A stretch of 40,657 bases of DNA from Candidatus Tenderia sp. (GTDB lineage Bacteria; Pseudomonadota; Gammaproteobacteria; Tenderiales; Tenderiaceae): positions 1 through 40,657 of the forward strand of contig JANOSY010000067.1 of assembly GCA_031416075.1 (NCBI GenBank), read 5' to 3'. The notes under the pieces were generated by a model. That model was given only the letters and a program-made list of their open reading frames with translations. It searched no databases and was not told the DNA's origin. A program made the translations under genes and the position numbers. This document shows positions 33,409 through 40,657 of this stretch, in pieces. The number at the start of each line of letters is the position of its first letter. Position 1 is the stretch's first letter.

Positions 33409-36400
33409 GGTGATGCTGGACGCCGTTGCAGAGGGCGGGCTGATCGTCAACGCCTATGCCCACCCGCTGCGTCACTCCCCCGTGCAGGCTATCGCCCCGC
33501 TGGGACTGAGCGTGGCGCAGATCGTCGGTGACGCCCATGAGCGTGTGCATGTGGTGATCGATGGCGAGTATCTGCCGCGTGAGCAATGGCCGACGGTATG
33601 CCCGGCCCTCGGCCAGGTGATCGAGGTGCGGGCCGTGCCAGCGGGCGGCAATGACGACTTCTGGCGCGTGGTGGGTACTGTGCTGATTGCGGCGGCGGCG
33701 TTTTATGTGGGGCCGTGGGTGGCGGCTCAGTACGGTGCGTTTGCGGGCGCGGCAGCCAGTGCAGCGATATCCCTGGGCGGCACCCTCGCCCTCAACGCCC
33801 TGCTGCCCCCACCGACCCCCAGCAGTGATAATGCAGGGGCCAACTCGTTACAAGGCATTACTGGCACCCGCAACGGCATGGCCCCCTACGGCCTGATCCC
33901 GCGCCCGTTTGGCCGCATCAAGGTCTACCCGTTGGCCCTGGCTAAACCGATGACGAATCTGCTGGGCAATGACCAGCAGCTGCGTATGTTGTTTGGTATT
34001 GGCGTGGGGTCGTTTCAGCTATCGCAGCTGAAGATTGGCGACTCGCTGATCTCGCAGTTTCAGGATGTTCAACTGATTACCAATGCTGCTGCGGTTGACG
34101 GCAGTTACGGCGGCGCGGTATCGCTGGGCGATCCGCTGCAGCTCTACACCAGGGATGTGGACGAGGCATCATACAGTGATGTGGTCTGCGATAAAAACGG
34201 CCCCACTACCATCATCCGGACCACGGCACCGCTCTGTAACGAGGTGGGCATCGATTTCACAATGCCGAGCGGCCTGATTATACGTGATGACGATACCCGC
34301 TACGCCCTGGGCATTATGCTCCGCATTGAACATAGCCCCACCGGTACTGGGCTGTGGGAAAATCTGGAGTCTGGCAGCGGCATTGGCAAGGTGACGCTGT
34401 CCAGTGAAAACATCAGGAGCTTTAACGTCGGGGCCAGTACTGGTGATAACGGTGCCCGCTTCTTTGTTACCGGTATAACGCACGATACGTTGCGGGCGGG
34501 GCTGACATTCAAGTTCCCCTATACCAGCCAGTTCGATATCAGAATCAGGGCAGCGGGGCCATATCGCCACAACAAGGTGAGCCAAACGCCTGACCCCTGT
34601 GGTGGCGAGGGCCAGCCAGTCTGTGTCCACACTAACCACTACGGTATTTTTGGGCACAACTGGTCGCCAGAGCTGTCGGGCGTAACTCAGTTTAACGATT
34701 TAACCCTGGGGAACTGGGACGACCCCAGCGCGCTGGTGCAGACAAACACGGTGCTGCTGTCCGCGATCAGGAGCTGGCAACCGGGTGCGCCGGTCGCCCC
34801 GGATGTGGCTGCCAGCGCAGTGCTGGCAAGCATGTCGATACGGGCCAGCCAGCAGCTCAACGGCATCGTTGATCAGTTCAGCATGATCATCAATACAGTA
34901 TTGCCTGTTTGGAATGGCGCTACCTGGTCCAACCAGCCTACCCGCAACCCCGCCTGGGCCTATGTAGAGGTTTTGACGGGCATTGCCAACCCGCGCGCCC
35001 TGTCGGTCGACCGGCTGAATCTGCCCGAGATAAAGGTATGGGCAGATTGGTGTGATGTAAGTGGATTTTACTATGACAGCCGGGGCGATGCCGACAAGAC
35101 GGTGTTTGAGCTGATACGCGAGATCACCGCCGCTGGTCGCGCCAGCTGGGCTATCCGTGATGGGCTGTATACCGTGGTGCGTGATACCGAGGCATTAACG
35201 CCGGTGCAGATGTTTACCCCGCGCAACAGTTGGGGCTTTGGTGCCATAAAGGCGTTTCCCGATCACCCGCATGCCCTCAAGGTCCGGTATGCCAACCCAG
35301 CGGCTGACTACGCCGAGGATGAGGCGCTGGTCTATTCCGATGGCTACAGCGTTGACGGCGCGGGCGGCACAATCGTCGCCAGCCAGTTTGAAGAGATGCC
35401 ACTGCCGGGCGTGACCGATTACGAGCAGGCATGGAAGCTGGGCCGCTACCACCTGGCGCAGCTCAAGTTGAGGCCCGAGGTCTACAAGCTCAATGTTGAT
35501 ATTGAGAATCTAGTCTGCTCCCGTGGCAGTCTGGTGCGCTGCGCCCATGATGTAACGCTGTGGGGATCGGGCTGGGGGCGTATAAAAAGCACGGTAGGCA
35601 GCCCGGTAACATCATTTGTCTCAGATGAGATAATGACGATGGATGGTGTGTCAACCTACGTGGTACGAGTGCGCCGCAGCGACGGCACACAAGTGGTGCA
35701 GCAGGTGACAACCGTTGTGGGCAATACGACTACACTAACCCCGACGGTAGCGGTAACCGGGATTGCCGCCGGTGACCTGTTCATCATGGGCATTCAGGGG
35801 CAGGAGTCGGTCGATCTAAAAGTAACCCGCATCGATCCAGGCGCAGACCTGACTGCGACACTGACGCTGGTCGATGCCGCCCCCAATATCCACCTGGCCG
35901 ACCAAGGGGCCATTCCACCCTATCAAACCCATATTACCCAGCCGCTAGATCTGGCCCGCATCACCCCGCCGGTGCCGCAGATCATCAATATCCGCTCCAA
36001 TGAGTCAGTACTGGTGCCTGGGGCCGATGGTACTCTGCGGGTAAGGGTAGTGGTCTATTACGGGTTTGCTGTGCAGGCAGGACTGCCAGGGCTGCTGGTG
36101 GAGATGCGACTGCGTCGCAACAATGGCCACGATCAGTGGCAGTCGGTGGCGGATCGCAGCGCCGATTTGGGGCAGATAGATTCCCTCGACCCCGAGGAGC
36201 TGGCGTTTTATGAGATCCAGCTGCGGGCAGTCAATGGGGCACTGGTCTCGGCTTGGTCAACGGTGGTAACCCACCAGATCATCGGCAAGAGCACCCCGCC
36301 ATCCAATGCGACCAACTTCGTGGCGATGCAGAATGGCAACGTCGCGATCATGAGCTGGGACGTGCCACCCGATGAAGACTGGGGTGGCAGTGAGATCAGG

Positions 36401-37267
36401 CGTCAAACGCTAGGTGTGCTGGATTGGAATACCGCGACTTTTGTGACGGCGACACGGCGCGTAAACAACGTTACCACCGCCAACATCCCGCCAGGCCAGT
36501 GGACGATGTTGATCAAACATTATGACGTCTATAAAACGCCCAACTACTCAATCGGGGTGACCTATGACAACATCGAAATGGTCAACTCAAATGACATTAT
36601 CGATACCGTGCTGCATGTGCCAGGTGTGACCGGCATGCTGGTAGGATTTGTCAGACACTGGACCGGCAAGCTGGTGCCGCAAGATCAGAACAGTGCCAGC
36701 ACTTATGGCTTTGAACTGTTTGATAGCACTGTGCCCACCCCTGTGGCCATCAGCACGTTTACATCACCCGATACCGACATCGGCATCGATAACACAGTGC
36801 GCATCTGGAGCAGCGTGGAGAGCGCTCTGGGTATTGGTGTGGCCAGCGCCAATGATCCTGTTGTGCTGCTCGACAGCCGCCTGGCCGCAGGCATTTATGA
36901 CGGATTTGAAGCCTGGAATATAGGCGCACGGCAAGGGCGCTATTTTAAATGGCAGCTCAGTCAGGACAACACGCTGGGGGCCAGAATCATCACCGGATTT
37001 AACTCGACCCTGGACCTGGTCGAGCGTACCGAGCAATGGGACAGCCTGACCATCGCCGTAGGGGGCACGGTAGTGGTATTTGCAACGCCATTCCACCGCC
37101 TGCCCTATATCACCGGCGAAGTCTACGACACCACCAAAGAGGTCCGCATTGACGCCGTGACCAAGGTAGGCAACGTCTATACCCAGTGCACCGTCTATAT
37201 CTACAACCGTTCCACCAACGCCTCGGTAGGCGGTGTGGCAGGAAAAATTAAAGTAATCGGAGTTTGA
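33398..37267 (+). CDS. Tail tip / host-specificity protein (TipJ-like, fused gpI-like N-terminus)
   Basis: Ubiquitin-like N-terminus, TRNPAWAY, FTPRNSWGF, FnIII-like repeats, GK..PP. Confidence 0.9.
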   Translation: MAAEVMLDAVAEGGLIVNAYAHPLRHSPVQAIAPLGLSVAQIVGDAHERVHVVIDGEYLPREQWPTVCPALGQVIEVRAVPAGGNDDFWRVVGTVLIAAAAFYVGPWVAAQYGAFAGAAASAAISLGGTLALNALLPPPTPSSDNAGANSLQGITGTRNGMAPYGLIPRPFGRIKVYPLALAKPMTNLLGNDQQLRMLFGIGVGSFQLSQLKIGDSLISQFQDVQLITNAAAVDGSYGGAVSLGDPLQLYTRDVDEASYSDVVCDKNGPTTIIRTTAPLCNEVGIDFTMPSGLIIRDDDTRYALGIMLRIEHSPTGTGLWENLESGSGIGKVTLSSENIRSFNVGASTGDNGARFFVTGITHDTLRAGLTFKFPYTSQFDIRIRAAGPYRHNKVSQTPDPCGGEGQPVCVHTNHYGIFGHNWSPELSGVTQFNDLTLGNWDDPSALVQTNTVLLSAIRSWQPGAPVAPDVAASAVLASMSIRASQQLNGIVDQFSMIINTVLPVWNGATWSNQPTRNPAWAYVEVLTGIANPRALSVDRLNLPEIKVWADWCDVSGFYYDSRGDADKTVFELIREITAAGRASWAIRDGLYTVVRDTEALTPVQMFTPRNSWGFGAIKAFPDHPHALKVRYANPAADYAEDEALVYSDGYSVDGAGGTIVASQFEEMPLPGVTDYEQAWKLGRYHLAQLKLRPEVYKLNVDIENLVCSRGSLVRCAHDVTLWGSGWGRIKSTVGSPVTSFVSDEIMTMDGVSTYVVRVRRSDGTQVVQQVTTVVGNTTTLTPTVAVTGIAAGDLFIMGIQGQESVDLKVTRIDPGADLTATLTLVDAAPNIHLADQGAIPPYQTHITQPLDLARITPPVPQIINIRSNESVLVPGADGTLRVRVVVYYGFAVQAGLPGLLVEMRLRRNNGHDQWQSVADRSADLGQIDSLDPEELAFYEIQLRAVNGALVSAWSTVVTHQIIGKSTPPSNATNFVAMQNGNVAIMSWDVPPDEDWGGSEIRRQTLGVLDWNTATFVTATRRVNNVTTANIPPGQWTMLIKHYDVYKTPNYSIGVTYDNIEMVNSNDIIDTVLHVPGVTGMLVGFVRHWTGKLVPQDQNSASTYGFELFDSTVPTPVAISTFTSPDTDIGIDNTVRIWSSVESALGIGVASANDPVVLLDSRLAAGIYDGFEAWNIGARQGRYFKWQLSQDNTLGARIITGFNSTLDLVERTEQWDSLTIAVGGTVVVFATPFHRLPYITGEVYDTTKEVRIDAVTKVGNVYTQCTVYIYNRSTNASVGGVAGKIKVIGV

Positions 37268-37268
37268 G

Positions 37269-38528
37269 ATGACAGCCGCAAAATTCACCCAGCCAAACAG
37301 CACTGCCCAGGACGCCACCGCTTACAAAAACGCGCTGGAGACGGCGGCGCTTATACATAATGCTGTGGCCGGGGCATTCAACGTAAGGGCCTCAGATACT
37401 CCTGGATTGAGCATAGTGATCGAGGCCGGGGCAGTGTATACCGGCGCTACGATCATTGAGGCCGGGGCACAGACAATCAGCGGTATCGCCGCGCCAGCCA
37501 CCAACCCCCGCATCGACATCATCGAGATCGACCCCATAACTAGTACCGCCTATCGAGTCGCCGGGACTGAGGCCATAACACCAGTCAAACCCGCTGTGAC
37601 TGCTGGCCGTGTGCCGCTGGCATATTACCAGATTGGGGTAGGAGCGACGGCGGTTACTAACGCCATGATCATGTCCGTCAGATCGATTCCGTGGGGAGCG
37701 TGGTTTGGTGGTAATGCCGACACATTGAGCGGCCGTAACTCAGCCTCATTTGCACATTCGGAAATCAAAAACACTGAGGATCTGAACTCAATCACGCAAT
37801 CTGGCATGTATCGCATTCAGGGTGGCAACGTCAACACGCCTGCCGGGGCAGGATACGGGCAGCTGTTAGTTATGCACGGAGGCGGCGATACCATCACTCA
37901 GATCGTTACGGATTACATAAGCAGTAATATCTACTGGCGTAGTGGCAACCCGTCTAATGTGGGCGGAGCCGGGACATGGGGTGCATGGAGAACCGTGTGG
38001 CATAATGGTAACGACGGTGCGGGTAGCGGTCTTGATGCTGATACAGTCAGAGGCAGCGTAGCCCAGCTGGTCCCTGCCGCTGTTTCCGGGTTTGTGGGTG
38101 GTGGGTATCAGACAGTTGCATCGGATGACGGTACGTTTGGCGCATCACTGGCGATAAAGCCCTATGCGGCTGCAGGGGCGTGGAAATCATTCGGTCCGAC
38201 GGGTAGCGGTGCGGGTCAGGTATGGTCCGCGTTTGATGCAATCCCCGTCGGCGCGGCAGCAATCCGTTTGCGTGTAGTGGCTGAAAACTGGACCGACCTA
38301 GGGCTTGTGCATGAAATTTTTGCAAGAAAGACAGGGTCTGTTTCAACGTATAATAGCTCAACGATGATAGGGTCTGTAAATGGGTTTGGAACTGCATACA
38401 AGGCAGTATCTGTGTCAATGGTAGATGTCCCGCTAGACTTATCACGGCGGTTCGATCTGTATTGGGATGCCCAGGGAAGCACTGTTAATATAAATACCAC
38501 CATTGAATTTGTCGGGTGGGTAATATGA
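37269..38528 (+). CDS. Tail fibre with pyocin-knob-like domain
   Basis: NPRIDII anchor; DLNSITQSGMYR...W..WR knob; WH.GNDG.GSGLDAD. Confidence 0.85.
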   Translation: MTAAKFTQPNSTAQDATAYKNALETAALIHNAVAGAFNVRASDTPGLSIVIEAGAVYTGATIIEAGAQTISGIAAPATNPRIDIIEIDPITSTAYRVAGTEAITPVKPAVTAGRVPLAYYQIGVGATAVTNAMIMSVRSIPWGAWFGGNADTLSGRNSASFAHSEIKNTEDLNSITQSGMYRIQGGNVNTPAGAGYGQLLVMHGGGDTITQIVTDYISSNIYWRSGNPSNVGGAGTWGAWRTVWHNGNDGAGSGLDADTVRGSVAQLVPAAVSGFVGGGYQTVASDDGTFGASLAIKPYAAAGAWKSFGPTGSGAGQVWSAFDAIPVGAAAIRLRVVAENWTDLGLVHEIFARKTGSVSTYNSSTMIGSVNGFGTAYKAVSVSMVDVPLDLSRRFDLYWDAQGSTVNINTTIEFVGWVI

Positions 38529-38563
38529 TGCGAGAAAGGATTGTTTTTAAACCGTGTTTAAAC

Positions 38564-38634
38564 TGTCGCAAAATGATATTAAAAAGCTGTTGAATGGCGT
38601 GTCGCAAAATGATTGTCAATTTGTCGCAAATTCA
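38564..38634 (+). repeat. Three transposase-binding sites at the right end
   Basis: TGTCGCAAAATGA at 38564 and 38600, TGTCGCAAATTCA at 38622. Confidence 0.9.
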
Positions 38635-38647
38635 TTGGCGCGCTACA

Positions 38648-38652
38648 GGACT
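38648..38652 (+). repeat. Target-site duplication GGACT (right copy)
   Basis: Matches 135-139. Confidence 0.9.
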
Positions 38653-38869
38653 TGAGGAGGCGCTACGCCTGCGGGGTGTTTTTTATGTAACAGAATTAGC
38701 ATTTTTTGTGTTCGTGGATATTGAGGTATTTTAGTTATTGCTAATGTTCTGGGGAGGCGTGGTTTGAACAGAGTGCTCGACAGGAACATTTTGCGATGTG
38801 TTTGTCGGGGCATACATGGGAGAGGTTTGAGCCTATCTGAATGTTTATTCCATCCGTTGAGTGCACATC

Positions 38870-39226
38870 TTAGGTGATGTGCAGGAATAGTTGATCAACA
38901 GCCATAAATACTATTAACAGTGCTCCTGTTAAATATAGATAGTAAGTAATAACAAAGGCGCGTTGAAATTTCTTATCAAAATGGTCACGGATATTTAACA
39001 GGTGACAGCGTCTAGCATAAAAATACCAGGCAAATGCCGCACCATAATGGGGTATCCGCTGGTTCTGAAAAAAAATGCTGTCGCTCGGGATCTCAAAGCC
39101 ATAGACCAAACGGTCGATGGCCTTCACCTTATTCCGTCCGAGGTAAAACACCATGCCAATGGCAATAACCATGCATAAAAAAAACAGCACCGCCACGCCA
39201 ATTCCAAATATTTGCATTATTGTCAT
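38870..39226 (-). CDS. Host membrane protein, candidate immunity protein
   Basis: 2-3 hydrophobic segments; 12 nt downstream of the effector-like gene. Confidence 0.65.
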   Translation of the reverse strand: MTIMQIFGIGVAVLFFLCMVIAIGMVFYLGRNKVKAIDRLVYGFEIPSDSIFFQNQRIPHYGAAFAWYFYARRCHLLNIRDHFDKKFQRAFVITYYLYLTGALLIVFMAVDQLFLHIT

Positions 39227-39238
39227 CAGACAATATGC

Positions 39239-40261
39239 TTACTTGTAATAGTTTTCATAAATCAGTTCACCTTTCGACTTGGCAAAGCCACTCGCAATAT
39301 TACCGCCCACAAATCCACCTATTCCACCGAAGACAATCCCGCACCACAATAAACTGGTTCCCGCGGAAGGCACGGCAAATACAACACCACATACACCAGC
39401 ACCGATTGCTCCTCCTGTCGCTCCACCAAAAAGACTCCCCACCAACTGTCCCCCTTCGCTGAATTTACTTTTAGTGCATTCACTCTCGCGCCCAACAGTA
39501 CACGCCTGTTTTACTTTGGCGGCGCTCTGTACGCCGTCCAGCACCAGGGCGACGTAGCCGGCCCCTTTGAGGGTTTTGCTGTATTGGCGAACTTTGGCGT
39601 GATTTTTTTCAAAACCAGGCAGGCCGGTGATGGGGGCTGGGTAGTCTTTGAGTTGGTGGGCCAGGCTTTTGGTGCTGAGACCAATACTCTGTTTGATGTT
39701 GTTGCGTTTGATATCAAGCCCCAGAGGACCGCGCCCGACCATGGTTTTGAGGCTGGCGTCGAGCTGTTGCAGCAGTAGTTTGCGCTGCTGAAAGAATTCG
39801 TTTGTATTGAAACGACAATTACGGTTGTAGGCGGTAACATGCAGCTGTTCGATACGGGTGAGCAGCCGTTCTATCTGTAGTTTGTGCTGTTTGAAGTAGT
39901 TGACGGCGATGCCGTATCCGGCCCCGCTACTGTTGGCGATGTTGGCCAGCAGCGCATAGTTTTCAGCCATGAATTTAGCTTCATCGGCGGTTTGGGTCTG
40001 TCGCTGTTTTTCGATGATCGCGGCGGCCTGGATGAGTTGTGCTTCGTAGCCGCTGCACTGCTGGGCGTTGACGGGGGTGATGATGACCATCTGCCCGGGA
40101 TATACCTGCGGCCCGAGGTGGCTGTTGATGTTGAGGAAATGTTTTTTGGTGGCGTCGCTGGCCCGAGCGTAGAGGCTGCTGATGAGTTGTTCGCGGGTTT
40201 GTGGCTGTGTGACAAAGTCGTATAGCACTTCGTCGGGGATGCGACTGGCTGTAGCGGTCAT
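39239..40261 (-). CDS. Host protein with C-terminal glycine-zipper hydrophobic region (pore-forming effector-like)
   Basis: GxxxG-rich C-terminus with paired Cys; N-terminal F..IN.HL...V.PGQ.VII. Confidence 0.65.
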   Translation of the reverse strand: MTATASRIPDEVLYDFVTQPQTREQLISSLYARASDATKKHFLNINSHLGPQVYPGQMVIITPVNAQQCSGYEAQLIQAAAIIEKQRQTQTADEAKFMAENYALLANIANSSGAGYGIAVNYFKQHKLQIERLLTRIEQLHVTAYNRNCRFNTNEFFQQRKLLLQQLDASLKTMVGRGPLGLDIKRNNIKQSIGLSTKSLAHQLKDYPAPITGLPGFEKNHAKVRQYSKTLKGAGYVALVLDGVQSAAKVKQACTVGRESECTKSKFSEGGQLVGSLFGGATGGAIGAGVCGVVFAVPSAGTSLLWCGIVFGGIGGFVGGNIASGFAKSKGELIYENYYK

Positions 40262-40315
40262 GGTAGCGGTCCGTGCTGTGAGGTAGTTAGTCTGCTTGCC
40301 TGCTCTGGAACTCTG

Positions 40316-40657
40316 TCACGCCCATAAGATAAAATCTATCCAATCCATTCCATTTCCTTTTTCTACAACATGACCCCCACCATCAATCAGACCACTGATG
40401 TTGGCCGAGGATGATGTAAATACAAAACTGCCATCATTAGCACCCCCCGTCAGGTTTTCAATACCGCTGTAACCCCCCACCAATCCGGTCACGCCCCCGG
40501 CATTCACATCATCAATACTCCAGCCATTGACGCGATTACTACCGATCAATGTATCGCTACCCGCAGCACCGTCGATGCTGCCGCTAAAATCAATCGCGTC
40601 ATGCAGGCGGAAGATATCCTGGGCCGTACCGCCTACCAGTCGGGTAAACCCTTCAAA
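40316..40657 (-). CDS. 3' end of a host Gly/Asp-rich repeat adhesin-like gene (partial)
   Basis: Frame open from the window edge: LVGGTAQDIF, IDGAAGSDTL and IENLTGG repeats. Confidence 0.7.
   Translation of the reverse strand, partial: FEGFTRLVGGTAQDIFRLHDAIDFSGSIDGAAGSDTLIGSNRVNGWSIDDVNAGGVTGLVGGYSGIENLTGGANDGSFVFTSSSANISGLIDGGGHVVEKGNGMDWIDFILWA

Larger units (their letters stand above)
140..38647. mobile_element. Complete Mu-like transposable prophage (siphovirus-type tail)
   Basis: Begins TGTAG (140) and ends CTACA (38647); GGACT at both 135-139 and 38648-38652; DDE transposase plus MuB, and Mu-type terminase, portal, MuF, protease, gp36 and gpG genes. Confidence 0.95.

Noticed and set aside
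37269-38647. Invertible G segment or DGR diversifying the tail fibre
   Set aside because: No invertase, reverse transcriptase, second fibre copy or template repeat seen
38787-38796. CATTTTGCGA resembling an end site outside the prophage
   Set aside because: Partial 10-nt match beyond the target duplication; likely chance

Overview
Almost the whole window (140..38647, 38,508 bp) is one apparently complete Mu-like transposable prophage with a siphovirus-type tail. It has TGTAG...CTACA termini, a 5-bp GGACT target duplication and repeated TGTCGCAAAATGA end sites. The layout is bipartite. A central repressor/ner switch drives a leftward arm (transposase, MuB, semi-essential genes, Mor-like activator, lysis, terminase, portal, MuF, adenine methyltransferase). 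A rightward arm runs from protease and capsid to tail and tail fibre. The most striking signals are non-coding: (1) a textbook type II hammerhead ribozyme ahead of a PagP-like gene; (2) a cloverleaf RNA directly behind a MuF protein with a nuclease-like extension, where an immunity gene would normally sit; (3) a Com-less, RBS-sequestering leader with a candidate antisense RNA ahead of the methyltransferase; (4) two GTAG-type REP repeats flanking a small gene. A GH99/WbsX-like glycosidase sits in the head cluster. Host flanks carry a glycine-zipper effector/immunity-like pair and the end of a repeat adhesin. All family names come from motif recognition by eye; no database search was run.
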